Shown here piece after piece: positions 13,321 through 27,231 of a DNA stretch of 64,000 nucleotides. The position numbers and the translations under genes are program-made. Below the pieces are notes generated by a model, which was not told where the DNA came from, did not search any database, and worked only from the letters and a program-made list of their open reading frames with translations. How positions within the stretch are numbered: position 1 is the first letter of the stretch; each line of letters begins with the position of its first letter. Source of the stretch: Lytechinus pictus (lineage: Eukaryota); the NCBI RefSeq assembly GCF_037042905.1, contig NC_087249.1:10912001-10976000 (forward strand). Reading direction: 5' to 3'.

Positions 13321-13652
13321 TGGTTAAAAGGAAGAAGGTGTTATGTGATTTTGCCTCGGAGGGAGCAATGTAGCCTTGGGTTTGGGTTAAAAGTAACACA
13401 TGTTATAATTTGTTTAGATTTTCCAGAGCACTTTATAATGAAAAAGTCTTTAACTCGTTTCGAATACAGCCCCCTCCACCACCCCCCCCCCCTTTCTCTC
13501 TCTCTCTCTTTCTCTCCCTCCATGTTTCCCTCCCATCTCATTCTCTCATTTTGTCTCGTTTTTCTCCCCTTTTCTTTGTCTCAATCGTTGTTTGATTCTG
13601 ATTTTAGTAGATATATTGAATATTGATATTCTTTCTAGCAAATATAATAATA

Positions 13653-13826
13653 GCAAAAAGAAGCTGCTGAAAACTGCTTATCTAATAAAAGAGAGCCAAT
13701 GGAGTAAATTAGAAAGTCAAAAAGGGGCCTAAGCTTTCGATCCTAGCAGAATCTTCGTCGGAGGCAAAATCGCCTCCGACGAAGATTCTGCTAGGATCGA
13801 AAGCTTAGGCCCCTTTTTGACTTTCT
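13653..13826. mobile_element. 174 bp insertion with a perfect 57 bp hairpin; Penelope-like retroelement remnant
   Basis: 13 bp duplication aaatataataata at 13640-13652 and 13827-13839. Absent at the paralogous site in unit 2 (~22340). Arms 13709-13765 / 13772-13828, with a hammerhead-like core in each. Confidence 0.7.
13772..13810 (+). ncRNA. Minimal type-I hammerhead ribozyme-like motif (Penelope type); mirror copy on minus strand at 13727-13765
   Basis: Folded by eye: stem I gcct/aggc; core CCGACGA (CUGANGA with U-to-C); stem II gattc/ggatc around loop tgcta; GAAA; palindromic AGCU mini stem III; UH. Confidence 0.55.
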
Positions 13827-14267
13827 AAATATAATAATACAGAGGATAAATTTTCGAAAATAGGTAATCCAATAGAGTATGCCTGACATTTCACACAACA
13901 AATTTTATAATTTTCAAAGCCCACACCCCATCCCCCTCTCGGATCTGCACTGACCGCAACTATTCGGTATTCATGTTTGCTCGGTCATCGGCAACGAAAA
14001 TAGTCCGTGACGCATTTCCCTGGTCCCCAGTTAGACCGTTGTAGGGTTTATATGGTTAGATCCAACGCTGGTGAAAATGGTCAATATTGAATAATTTGGA
14101 GTTTTCTCGCCGAGACGCAGAACGCTTTCAAGAACATAAAAAATATATTGTCAAATGCCCTTCATGACAATGAGCAACCAAGATTATAACGCTCAACTTA
14201 AGAATTTATCTAATCTTATTTATTCCATCAGCATACAAAATGAAAGGAAACAAAAATTATCTTCGAT

Positions 14268-15447
14268 CTATATATATTTGTGATTCATGTGGGTCATGGG
14301 GGAGGAAGGGGTTACATAATGTGACTGGGGCTTGGGACGAGAGTCTCTTAAACTGAGTCTGTAGTCATCAATCTGCTGTCGGTCAAGACATCGTGGGAGG
14401 TATGCCTGCATTGTACGATACCACCCCATAATCTTCTCCTGGGTGTTGGCGTCGATGTCTCTCCTGGCCATGCGACAAACGATGTCGACACGCCACGCTC
14501 CATAGTCATAGCCTTCCCTGTTGAGCAGCCTCTCGTTCTCCTATAGCCTGTTACATCTCAGGGCGTGCCAAGTCCCTCTTGACAGAAGCATTGAAGACAT
14601 CAGAATGAGCATTCTCACAGAAATTTAGGAAAGGTGAGTATGGCGGCAAAAGCTTCAGCTGAATATCTTGCTGAAAATTGGGTGGAAGTTGTGATCTTAC
14701 ATGTGGCCTGCCATTGTCGTATATCAGGACGATTGATTGGTTCTCCTTGCGGGAATCGAATGGAGCACTGTCGTGCCGTCTCCGCAAGGAATTCCTCGAA
14801 AATCTCTCTGGTGATCGTCTCGGTAGAGACCATGCGGTGCAACAAGCCTTTCTTTCCTGAAACAACATAAGTGACGTTGCACCTTTTGCCTCGTTGACCA
14901 TGTCACCATGGACAACTCTCCTAACAGGCTGACCTCGTTGTGCCCTTCCAAAAGAACGACGGGTCCAAATGTTGCAGCCGGTCTCGTCAATGTGGGCGAC
15001 AACTCCTTCGGCGAGAAACCATTGCGCATACTCCATTCGACGATCGAGCGTTTACTGGTGAATTCCTTCCATCCGGCACATCCTCAGCGAACTTCAGTGT
15101 GATGAACATTCCATCTAGAGTCCTGGATATAGTTGAAATGGAAACTGTTGGCTTCCAGGTCTCTTTTCATCTGATCTAGAGTGGCCAGCAGATTAAGATC
15201 AATTATGGCCTGAAGGCGGCGAGCTCTCATGTCTTCATCGATCTTATGATTTTTGGCGCCTCCCCTCGCCAGCTTTTTGCCGTCTGCCCGTTCTGAGATA
15301 AGTTGCTACGTTGGATGTGGCTGTTGAATGTTTGATGCCCAGTGCATCAGCTAACTCAAGGTAGTCAGCTTGGTGGCCTTCAAATGCAGCGATTAGTATA
15401 TCTCTATCTTCGTTGGGTATGCGCTGGTAGCTTACGTGTCCTGCCAT
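14268..15447 (-). pseudogene. Frameshifted IS630-Tc1-mariner-type DDE transposase
   Basis: HTH-like N-terminus (ELADALGIKHSTATS) and catalytic motifs HIDETG, LIYDNGRPH and LPPYSPFLNFCE, spread over several frames. Confidence 0.85.
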
Positions 15448-16794
15448 GTCGAAATGAACTGGTGTTCTGTAAATTCTGAAACTGTGTAGGTTATCTCGGT
15501 CTTAAGATGTTAATTATTCTTGTTACATTCCAAATCTGTACATCGAAGGGGGCAGTTGAGTGAGGGTAACACAGAGGTGACCTTATACTCAATATGCTAT
15601 AGACAATGTCATGTCTGTGCAGAATGTACATTTATTACTCTCCTTCTCAGCGGCTAGAATTCTGAATAGACCCATATACTTTGTTCTTGAAAACGAATAG
15701 ATGAAATAACAGAGTAGATCACAACGTCAAACAGGCATTTTTCGGCACATTTAAATAGATTTGTAAACACTTGTAACATTTATTCCCCTGAATTCTTAAC
15801 TTGAATGATCCCTTCAACAAAAAAAAGAATTCCAATCGCTAATTTAAAAGCTGGAAATGATGCTTCGATATTCAATGACTATTTTGAATGCTAACTGGCT
15901 CGTTTCTAAATTAAATGAAAAGAACACACAAACCTTCAATAAACATCCTATATTGAAATAAAAAAATATTTCATGACAATTTGCACGGCAAAACCGATCT
16001 ACGCTGATTTAAATGCCAAAAGTATTGATTCAAATTAAAATCGAATTCAACGGAGATCAATATTCAATATTTTATAAATGAATCATACCTTGCAATACAA
16101 TCCAGTAATGCAACCATTTAATTATTCCTGATCAATTCACTGTAAAGAATTATAGGTGTATCCTATAATTATAATAATAATGATGATGATGATGATTGTC
16201 ATAGCCATGGGGAGGGTGTGATGACTTGTTGGTCCAGTGGCAACTTCTTAAATACAGAACTCAGACAAAGTAACAATTGAGACAATATTTAAAGGAAATT
16301 GAATTCAATTTCAATCTTCAAATTCAAGTGTTCCTCGGAACAATTACATCACTTCAAAACATAAAGTATGGAAAAGTATTCAATATAAATCAATTATCGA
16401 AATCAACGGAGATCAATATTCAATATTTTATATATTAATCTTACATAGCAATACAATCCAGTATTGCAACCATTGATTATTCCTGATCAATTCACTAGAA
16501 AGAATTATCGATGTATCCAAATATAACAAAACAGTTTACTGTATTACTGCTTTAAAGTCCAAAAGTTCTTTTATTTCTATAGCTTCATTTCTTTAAAATA
16601 TGGAACCTGATCTGGAGAAGTTCTTGGGAATATTGAAATCAACTCGTTGACCGTCTAACATGGTCGAAGTCCTTCGACGTTCGCCTTGACTGACTAAACT
16701 TGACTAGCGTAGACTTTACATCGTACTGTAGTTTACATCGGGTTTATACCTCTATGCTCGAGAAACGCCTTCATTCAAAGGACATCATAACGTC

Positions 16795-17146
16795 CACTAG
16801 CGTACCTACGGGGGGGGGGCAGAGGGGGCACTCTGCCCCCCCCCCTGACGAGCCACAACCCATACAAAAGACATATACCTGCCCCCCCCTGATGAGCTTA
16901 AAAGACCTTTTTTGCCCCCCCCCCCCTGACGAACTTGAAGACCTTTAATGCCCCCCTGAAGAGCCTGAAGACCTTTTTTTTTTTTTTTTTTTTTTTTTTT
17001 GCTTGTCAAATTTTTTTCGGGTACGAAAACCTAATTTTTTTTATTGAAGACCTTTTTCTTTTTTTTTTTTTTTTTTTTGCTTGTCAAATTTTTTGGCGGC
17101 CAATTTTGCCCCCCCCCCCCTGTGGAAAATCCTAGGTACGCCACTG
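16795..17146. mobile_element. hAT-type MITE, 352 bp, present in unit 1 only
   Basis: Ends cactagcgtacctacg...cctaggtacgccactg. TSD ataacgtc at 16787-16794 and 17147-17154. Empty site at 25301-25308. Confidence 0.93.
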
Positions 17147-17696
17147 ATAACGTCGTCCTTAATACTGTCGACGTCAACGCCATAGTTTAACTGGCGACAA
17201 AGCTTGGAAGACTGGGGCAGCCCATGTCCAGTACAGACAAATTTTGTGCAACATAGCTAGAAAAATATAAGAAACTGCCACGCCTTGTTTCTAGATGTAC
17301 AACCTAAACATGCTAGCTAATGCTACCAAACCCTAACTGGATAGCCGCTGCGGCTGCTCTTACAGAGAACTCGGAGGTCTTGCCTCTCAGATTCCTAAGC
17401 TTCAAGTGACAACTATTAATTCTAACTAGGGTTCCTCCCATATAAGAATTCCTATCCAAGCCCAAGCTACTTAAATATTGCATTCACCTGCTTATAACAA
17501 AAACCTTGAAAAATTGTTGAGAATATGCTAATAGCCAACTGCACTGCATAACTCTGGACCAAAAAAAAAATCATGACCAAGACAAACTATTTGCGTCACT
17601 GGCATAGATAGACATGACTTATAATAATAATAATAATGATAATACTACTACTAATAATAATAATGATTATAATTAATATGATAACAATAATAATTT

Positions 17697-17985
17697 TTCA
17701 ATTCAATTCAATTCAATTCTTTATTCCATTTCCATTCAAAACATAATACAAAGTAATATAAAGTAATGCAAATCAAGTACAATTTTACAGACGAGCATTC
17801 TTACTTCTTAAAACAAAAACAGTATTGAGCATAGATGGAAATGAGGGGGGTCCACTAAAAAGCAAAGCTTGTAAAGTGTGGATCACCCTTGGAAATGAAG
17901 AAAATATAGTCGACTTATTCATATATGCGTATATATACAGGAAAGAAAAAAGAGAAAGAACAAAAAGGTCGAAATCATAATGATA
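17697..17985 (-). mobile_element. Probable 3' end of a LINE (related pieces at ~25875-26160 and ~55070-55330)
   Basis: Minus-strand AATAAA followed by a (TTGAA)n tail. Shares the stem region ccactaaaaagcaa...gtgg with 55288. Confidence 0.45.
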
Positions 17986-18915
17986 CATAGATGAATAAAT
18001 TGCAATACCAATAACATTATTTATATAAAGTTTTAGACATCGACGATATAATTACCCTACCTTGCACTTTCAATCTAGTTTGGTGGGACAGCACATTTTC
18101 CAAACTGGCGGTTGATTATGTTTGCATATAATAAAACAAAATAAAAAAATCATTAAAAAATGTAATGCGAAGAAAAATCAGTAAATGTTCTTCTAATAGG
18201 GCATCCAATCGATGTGTTTTAAAGTCCTTCGGAGAGGATGCATATATCCTTCGTTCCCTATTTCTTTATTAGAGCGAGTTTTCGCTCAGTGGCGTACGGG
18301 ACTTTAAGCGACGAGGGGGTATGGTAAGCCTTTTTAACATTTATTCCTATTTCTGAATTCTTGATATCAAGAAATATAAAAGTAAATTTTAAAAGGGCTT
18401 GCCGTTCGCCCGCGTCGCTGAGAGTCCAGCTAACGCCGCTAATCAAACACTCGCCAACATCAAAACAATAGGTAAAAAATCAAATTAATGAATTATGACA
18501 TATTGATATGGCTTGATGAACCTACATTGAAACAAAGTGACTGATAGTATTCGATGTTCTATACCTGTCTGTGGAAGAATGAAATCCAGTATTCACATAC
18601 GGGACGGGAAAATGATTCATCAATTTAAGGTCAAATTTGTGCTAAAATTTGACATTGATAATCATTGCTTGTTTATTTAAGCAATCAACAAAACTTTGAT
18701 GGAAAATTTCGTCCGAATTCGAGCATTATTAATAATGTCCTCGTTAATTTAGCGATGTTTAATTGAAAATAATAATTAAAGGAGACCAGTGCCAATGTAT
18801 AGTTCACCTTTTGATAGTCAGTAGTCCCTTGTGTTACAGATATCAACTTTGACATGTGTCCCAGCTGAATATTTTTTATAATCATTATTAGTCATTTTTA
18901 GTTTGATCGGAAATG

Positions 18916-18922
18916 TATAAAT
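18916..18922 (+). promoter_or_regulatory. TATA box of G3
   Basis: TATAAAT, 136 nt upstream of the ATG. Confidence 0.65.
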
Positions 18923-19051
18923 ATTGGTGCGAAAAGTCATATTTTTCATACCTTAATCCGGTTCATTGCAGAGTCACTAGAAAATCAGGTGAATACTCCA
19001 ACTCCTTTCTTTTTACGTGAAATCTTTGGATTTTAGCATCCCGCCATAAAT

Positions 19052-19700
19052 ATGTGTTCTTCTGGAAAACTTTTTGGTTTGCTCTCTCCTCTCCTTGGTA
19101 AGTTAATTTTCATCGTAACTATGATATGAATTGTAAAATTATTCTTAGGACAGTTTAGATAGAATTAACATCCACGCTGAAACTTGGTAGAACACTAGAA
19201 CCACATGTATTAGCGGCAGATTCTTGGATCGGATACTCTTTAATAATGTCACCTGCTTAGCTTAGTGTACGCTTGCTTTATTTAATATTAAGTTGGTGGT
19301 CTTCGCCTTTAAAAAATGTATCTCTATGCATATTGCAGCTTTATCCTTTAGGATTTTTTTATGTGTAAAGAATGGTATTTGGTGTAATTTTTAAACGAGT
19401 CAACTCGAAATTGAGTTCTATCAATTCGATTAGTGAGATATTGATTTAAAATATTGATAATAAATATCTAAAAGTATATCATGGAGTTCAGGTGGGCTGT
19501 TTGATTATTATAATAATAATTCATCTTAAAGTTATAGTTCTTTTTAGATAACATATCCAATTATCCTTAAAGTTATAATGTAGTTCTTTATAAATAATAT
19601 ATCCAGGCTACCCAAAGAAATCTTCTTCAACTTTTGGTATTATTCGTTAATGAGTCATTTGATCATGTTGATTATTCCTTTAAAAAGAAGGAGAAGCGGA

Positions 19701-19733
<33 letters not shown>

Positions 19734-20337
19734 AAGATAGGAAATATGAAGACGATAGGGGGCGACATTGTGAAAATGGTGGCGGTGACAGTGGTGTGAT
19801 TTTATTATTAATTGCCTGATTGTGCCTTTCATTTTCATTTCAATCTAACCCATTTTCATTTTATTTTCAGTTTTCTGTGTAATGACTGAGGCCAGTCGTG
19901 GGGCTGTAGCAATCCACATAGCCAATGTGCCTCTGAAGCAAACCCTCATGAATGTCCCAATGAATCAAGTCATGGCTGACGAATCATCCGAAACAGTCGA
20001 ATCATCCGAAACGTCCGAATCATCCGAAACGTCCGAATCATCCGAAGTATCAGCTGAATCATCCGAGACAGACGGATTAACCGAAATGGCCGAAGTCGAA
20101 ACGGGAGTCGAAACAAATACGGACACTGCTGCCAATAACGCTGGCCTCATGAACCCAGCAGTACCGATTCCTGTCCGGAGCGGGAGAAAAGTTGGCGGGA
20201 ATCTTGCTATTGCTTTCGGTGTTTTGGGGCTGGTTGCTGTGGTGGCCGTAGGAGCTTTCTTTGTTCTTCGCAGACAAAGGCGCTCTTACGTTTTAGCAAG
20301 ATATGAAGAACAGCAACTGATGATGGAGAAATCGTAA
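19052..20337 (+). CDS. G3: paralog of G2, 170 aa, 2 exons
   Basis: Exon 1 19052-19097 (MCSSGKLFGLLSPLL+G, donor gtaagt); exon 2 19871-20337. Differs from G2 at PLKQ, SGRK, IAFG and VVAV. Confidence 0.9.
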
Positions 20338-22779
20338 TTTATGCTCTTCACGTACTTTGTCATTTCAACTTAAAAATTGAGCTAGAGGATGAAAAAATTG
20401 TATTCTCGATTTTGAAAGCATATAGTACAACGACTAAAGTGCAATATTATGTTTTATGTAACCAAAGGGAGATTTTGCAACGGGAACGGTTTCTGCAACG
20501 TGATAAATCACAATGGCCAGTTGAGATATTTTTGACGATAGTTGGTGGACCGTGACAGCAGATCGTCCTAAGATTCGGACCTGACGAACAATTCCAAATA
20601 TATGTCGTTAGTCCAGAGTCCAGGACGACACTGCTGTTATGATTCACCGATTTTCCACGGAGACTTTTTTTCCATGAAGGTCATTTGACAATAGATTTTC
20701 TTTGTTCCAGAAGGAGTCTGCGTAGTGTTGCGAAAAAAGTAATATGATAAAGCCTTTTTTGAACCGGTCGATGGTATGTCATTCTAAATTACGTAAAAGA
20801 TTCGGACGTTCTAGATCCGGTATGACTGCGTAGCATTCGATAATAAATGGAGAGAAATAAATTCATTGTGTGACTTAGTAGAAAAACATATTTTAGTGAA
20901 CCTTTGTGAAATTGATAAATGCCTTAACATTTACCTGTCAAAATTATAATTCATGAAGATATTGAGATATTAAGACCTGTGGCAAAATCATGCACAGCTA
21001 TCATGTCTATACTTTGGTGTAGCAATGGCTTTTAGTGAAATATGATAACATTTGAACGCATTATTTCTACATTTTTGTTTCAAAATATAGTGCGATCTAT
21101 TTACACTACAGTGTAATTTAATGGTCCTCTCAGTCCTTATTTCTTGCAAAACATACTCAAACATTGTATTCATTTTTATTCGGACTCATTGTGAAACTTA
21201 ATCTGTTAATTTTGCTGTATATATTTGCATTTTGATCTTTTTGAATTTTGAATAAATTGAGTATTTAAACAATGGGATATTCGTAACAAATTGACGTTAT
21301 TTATAGTTATTAGACATCAAGATTGATTGATTGTCGGATTGATTGATTGATTGACTAGATAACTGATTAATTGGTGGTCTGTCGATTAAAGTTGATGGAT
21401 GGAAGGATGAATGGATAGATTTGGAAATGAATAAATTAGTGGATGGATGGATTGATAAATGGATTGAAAATGAAGAGACTAACGGATCAACGGGTGACTC
21501 TATAATGGTCGGTGGCATGGATAGACGTATGGAAGGATGGAAGGAAAAATTGATGGATGGATGGATGAATGGTTAGATAAATGGATGGATAGATGGATGA
21601 ATATAATAATGGATGGTTGGACTGATGGATCTATGGAATGACCGGTGGATGGATGGATTGCTGAATAGAACGATGGGTAAATGGATGGATGGAGGAAAAG
21701 ATGGATGGATGGATAGATGGATACATGGATGGATTGGTGGATGAAAAGATTGGTGGTTTAAAGGAAGAATCAAAGAAAGTGATTTGCGATTTATTTTGCG
21801 TTGCAGTGATCAATGTAGTTTGGCTGTACGCCATCTATTCCTTCCAAGTTTTATCAATCGCAAAAAAAAATTGAGCCAAGATCCGTTTAGCTTAAAGGGA
21901 AAGTGCTCTATGAGGGTAATTATGTGTCCAACCAACATTGGACATTTCTTTTGGGCATTTCTATTTATCCAGTGTTGTAAAAATTTTGCCCATTCTAAAG
22001 TAATTGCTGCTTATTTTTTAACCTTACTGGATAATATGCTTCCCGCATTGGGTAAAATACTACGCCAAATTGGTTGGACACATAATTACCCTCGTGGTGG
22101 TAAAAAAGTACCCATAATTGTCTAGAAATTTCACAGCACTTAATAATGCAAAAGTCTTTAACTCGTTTCAAACACAGGTCCTCCTCCCTCCCCCCCCCCG
22201 CTCTCTCCCCCCCCCCCCCCTCTTCCTCTCCCCATCTCATTCTTTCAATTTTGTCCCTTTTTTCTCCCTTTTTCTTTGTCTCAATCGTTGTTTGATTCTG
22301 ATTTTAATAGATATATTGAATATTGATATTCTTTCTAGCAAATATAATAATACAGAGGATAAATTTTCGAAAATAGGTAATCCAATAGAGTATGCCTGAC
22401 ATTTCACACAAAAATTTTATAATTTTCAAAGCCCACACCCCATCCCCCTCTCGGATCCGCACTGACAGCAACTATTCGGTATTCATGTTTGCTCGGTCAT
22501 CGGCAACGAAAATAGTCCGTGACGCATTTCCCTGGTCCCCAGTTAGACGGTTGTAGGGTTTATATGGTTAGATCCAACGCTGGTGAAAATGGTCAATATT
22601 GAATAATTTGGAGTTTTCTCGCCGAGGCGTAGAACGCTTTTAAGAACATAAAAAATATATTGTCAAATGCCCTTCATGACAATGAGCAGCCAAGATTATA
22701 ACGCTCAACTTAAGAATTTATCTAATCTTATTTATTCCATCAGCATACAAAATGAAAGGAAACAAAAATTATCTTCGAT

Positions 22780-23958
22780 TTATATATATTTGTGATTCAT
22801 TTGGGTCATGGGGGAGGAAGGGGTTACATAATGTAACTGGGGCTTGGGACGAGAGTCTCTTAAATTGAGTCTGTAGTCATCAATCTGCTGTCGGTCAAGA
22901 CATCGTTGGAGGTATGCCTGCATTGTACGATACCACCCCATAATCTTCTCCTGGGTGTTGGCGTCGACGTTTCTCCTGGCCATACGACAAACGATGTCGA
23001 CACGCCACGCCTCCATAGTCAGCCTTCCCTGTTGAGCAGCCTCTCGTTCTCCTATAGCCTGTTACATCTCAGGGCGTGCCAAGTCCCTCTTGACAGAAGC
23101 ATTGAAGACATCAGAATGAGCATTCTCACAGAAATTTAGGAAAGGTGAGTATGGCGGCAAAAGCTTCAGCTGAATATCTTGCTGGAAATTGGGTGGAAGT
23201 TGTGATCTTACATGTGGCCTGCCGTTGTCGTATATCAGGACGATTGATTGGTTCTCCTTGCGGGAATCGAATGGAGCACTGTCGTGCCGTCTCCGCAAGG
23301 AATTCCTCGAAAATCTCTCTGGTGATCGTCTCGGTAGAGACCATGCAGTGCAACAAGCCTTTCTTTCCTGAAACGACATAAGTGACGTTGCACCTTTTGC
23401 CTCGTTGACCATGTCACCATGGACAACTCTCCTAACAGGCTGACCTCGTTGTGCCCTTCCAAAAGAACGACGGGTCCAAATGTTGCAGCCGGTCTCGTCA
23501 ATGTGGGCGACAACTCCTTCGGCGAGAAACCATTGCGCATACTCCATTCGACGATCTAGCGTTTACTGGTGAATTCCTTCCATCCGGCACCTCCTCAGCG
23601 AACTTCAGTGTGATGAACATTCCATCTAGAGTCCTGGATATAGTTGAAATGGAAACTGTTGGCTTCCAGGTCTCTTTTCATCTGATCTAGAGTGGCCAGC
23701 AGATTAAGATCAATTATGGCCTGAAGGCGGCGAGCTCTCATGTCTTCATCGATCTTATGATTTTTGGCGCCTCCCCTCGCCAGCTTTTTGCCGTCTGCCA
23801 GTTCTGAGATAAGTTGCTACGTTGGATGTGGCTGTTGAATGTTTGATGCCCAGTGCATCAGCTAACTCAAGGTAGTCAGCTTGGTGGCCTTCAAATGCAG
23901 CGATTAGTATATCTCTATCTTCGTTGGGTATGCGCTGGTATCTTACGTGTCCTGCCAT
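22780..23958 (-). pseudogene. Second copy of the frameshifted IS630-Tc1-type transposase
   Basis: Near-identical to 14268-15447, with the same broken frames. Confidence 0.85.
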
Positions 23959-26900
23959 GTCGAAATGAACTGGTGTTGTAACAAGTGAATTCTGAAACTG
24001 TGTAGGCTATCTCGGTCTTACGATGTTAATTATTCTTGTTACATTCCAAATCTGTACAGCGAAGGGGGCAGTTGAGTGAGGGTAACAGAGGTGACCTTAT
24101 ACTCAATATGCTATAGACAATGTCATGTATGTGCAGAATGTACATTTATTACTCCCCTTCTCAGCTAGAATTCTGAATAGACCCATATACTTTGTTCTTG
24201 AAAACGAATAGATGAAATAACAGAGTAGATCACAACGTCAAACAGGCATTTTTCGGCACATTTAAATAGATTTGTAAAAACTTGTAACATTTATTCCCCT
24301 GAATTCTTAACTTGAATGATCCCTTCAAAAAAAAAAAAAGAATTCCAATCGCTAATTTAAAAGCTGGAAATGATGCTTCGATATTCAATGACTATTTTGA
24401 ATGCTAACTGGCTCGTTTCTAAATTAAATGAAAAGAACACACAAACCTTCGATAAACATCCTATATTGAAATAAAAAAATATTTCATGACAATTTGCACG
24501 GCAAAAACCGATCTACGCTGATTTAAATGCCAAAAGTATTGATTCAAATTAAAATCGAATTCAACGGAGATCAATATTCAATATTTTATAAATGAATCAT
24601 ACCTTGCAATACAATCCAGTAATGCAACCATTTAATTATTCCTGATCAATTCACTGTAAAGAATTATAGGTGTATCCTATAATTACAATAATAATGATGA
24701 TGATGATGATTGTCATAGCCATGGGGAGGGTGTGATGACTTGTTGGTCTAGTGGCAACTTCTTAAATACAGAACTCAGACAAAGTAACAATTGAGACAAT
24801 ATTTAAAGGAAATTTAATTCAATTTCAATCTTCAAATTCAAGTGTTCCTCGGAACAATTACATCACTTCAAAACATAAAGTATGGAAAAGTATTCAATAT
24901 AAATCAATTATCGAAATCAATGGAGATCAATATTCAATATTTTATATATTAATCTTACATAGCAATACAATCCAGTATTGCAACCATTGATTATTCCTGA
25001 TCAATTCACTATAAAGAATTGTCGATGTATCCAAATATAACCAAACAGTTTACTGTATTACTGCTTTAAAGTCCAAAAGTTCTTTTATTTCTATAGCTTC
25101 ATTTCTTTAAAATATGGAACCTGATCTGGAGAAGTTCTTGGGAATATTGAAATCAACTCGTTGACCGTCTAACATGGTCGAAGTCCTTCGACGTTCGCCT
25201 TGACTGACTCAACTTGACTAGTGTAGACTTAACATCATACTGTAGTTTACATCGGGTTTACACCTCTATGCTTGAGAAACGCCTTCACTCAATGGACATC
25301 ATAACGTCGTCCTTAATACTGTCGACGTCAACGCCATAGTTTAACTGGCGACAAAGCTTGGAAGACTGGGGCAGCCCATGTCCAGTACAGACAAATTTTG
25401 TGCAACATAGCTAGAAAAATATAAAAAAAACTGCCACGCCTTGTTTCTAGATGTACAACCTAAACATGCTAGCTGATGCTACCAAACCCTAACTGGCTAG
25501 CCGCTGCGGCTGCTCTTACAGAGAACTCGGAGGTCTTGCCTCTCAGATTCCTAAGCTTCAAGTGACAACTACTAACTAGGGTTCCTCCCATATAAGAATT
25601 CCTATCTAAGCCCAAGCTACTTAAATATTGCATTCACCTGCTTATAACAAAAACCTTGAATTTTTTTTGAGAATATGCTAATAGCCAACTGCACTGCATA
25701 ACTCTGGACCAAAAAAAAAATCATGACCAAAACAAACTATTTGCGTCACTGGCATAGATAGACATGACTTGTAACAATGTTTATGATAACTATAATAATA
25801 ATAATAATAATAATGATAATACTAATAATAATAATAATAATGATTATAATAAATATGATAATAATAATAATAATTTTTCAATTCAATTCAATTCTTTATT
25901 CCATTTCCATTCAAAACATAATACAAAGTAATATAAAGTAATACAAATCAAGTACAATTTTACAGACGAGCATTCTTACTTCTTAAAACAAAAACAGTAT
26001 TGAGCATAGATGGAAATGCGGGGGGTCCACTAAAAAGCAAAGCTTGTAAAGTGTGGATCACCCTTGGAAATGAAGAAAATATAGTCGACTTATTCATATA
26101 TGCGTATATATACAGGAAAGAAAAAAGAGAAAGAACAAAACGGTCGAAATCATAATGATACATAGATGAATAAATTGCAAAACCAATAACATTATTTATA
26201 TAAAGTTTTAGACATCGACGATATAAGTACCCTACCTTGCACTTTCAATCTGGTTTGGTGGGACAGCACATTTTCCATACCAGCGGTTGATTATGTTTGC
26301 ATATAATAAAACAAAATCCAAAAATCCAAAAAAAATGTAATGCAAAGAAAAATCAGTAAATGTTCTTCTAATAGGGCATCCAATCGATGTGTTTTAAAGT
26401 CCTTCGGAGAGGATGCATATATCCTTCGTTCCCTATTTCTTTATTAGAGCGAGTTTTCGCTCAGTGGCGTACGGGACTTTAAGCGACGAGGGAGTATGGT
26501 AAGCCTTTTTAACATTTATTCCTATTTCTGAATTCTTGATATCAAGAAATATAAAAGTAAATTTTAAAAGGGCTTGCCGTTCGCCCGCGTCGCTGAGAGT
26601 ACAGCTTACGCCGCTAATCAAACACTCGCCAACATCAAAACAATAGGTAAAAAATCAAATTAATGAATTATGACATATTGATATGGCTTGATGAACCTAC
26701 ATTGAAACAAAGTGACTGATAGTATTCGATGTTCTATTCCTGTCTGTGGAAGAATGAAATCCAGTATTCGACATACGGGACGGGAAAATGATTCATCAAT
26801 TTAAGGTCAAATTTGTGCTAAAATTTGATATTGATAATCATTGCTTGTTTATTTAAGCAATCAACAAAACTTTGATGGAAAATTTCGTCCGAATTCGAGC

Positions 26901-27091
26901 ATTATTAATAATGTCCTTGTTAATTTAGCGATGTTTAATTGAAAATAATAATTAAAGGAGACCAGTGCCAATGTATAGTTCACCTTTTGATAGTCAGTAG
27001 TCCCTTGTGTTACAGATATCAACTTTGACATGTGTCCCAGCTGAATATTTTTTATAATCATTATTAGTCATTTTTAGTTTGATCGGAAATG

Positions 27092-27098
27092 TATAAAT
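27092..27098 (+). promoter_or_regulatory. TATA box of G4
   Basis: TATAAAT, 140 nt upstream of the ATG. Confidence 0.65.
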
Positions 27099-27231
27099 AT
27101 TGGTGCGAAAAGCCATATTTTTCATACCTTAATCCGGTTCATTGCAGATTCACTAGAAAACCAGCCAGGTGAATACTCCAACTCCTTTCTTTTTACGTGA
27201 AATCTTCGGATTTTAGCATCCCGCCATAAAT

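Larger units (their letters stand above)
9430..17986 (+). repeat. Tandem segmental duplication, unit 1 (G2 plus transposase relic)
   Basis: Starts atagatgaataaatt; colinear and highly similar to 17987-26161. Confidence 0.9.
17987..26161 (+). repeat. Tandem segmental duplication, unit 2 (G3 plus transposase relic)
   Basis: Colinear with unit 1; lacks the 13653 and 16795 insertions. Confidence 0.9.

Noticed and set aside
13949-17602. Possible degenerate TIRs of the Tc1-like element (cactgaccgcaactatt / aactatttgcgtcactg)
   Set aside because: The match is weak and gapped, there is no TA duplication, and the left site overlaps the end of another repeat. Boundaries not called.
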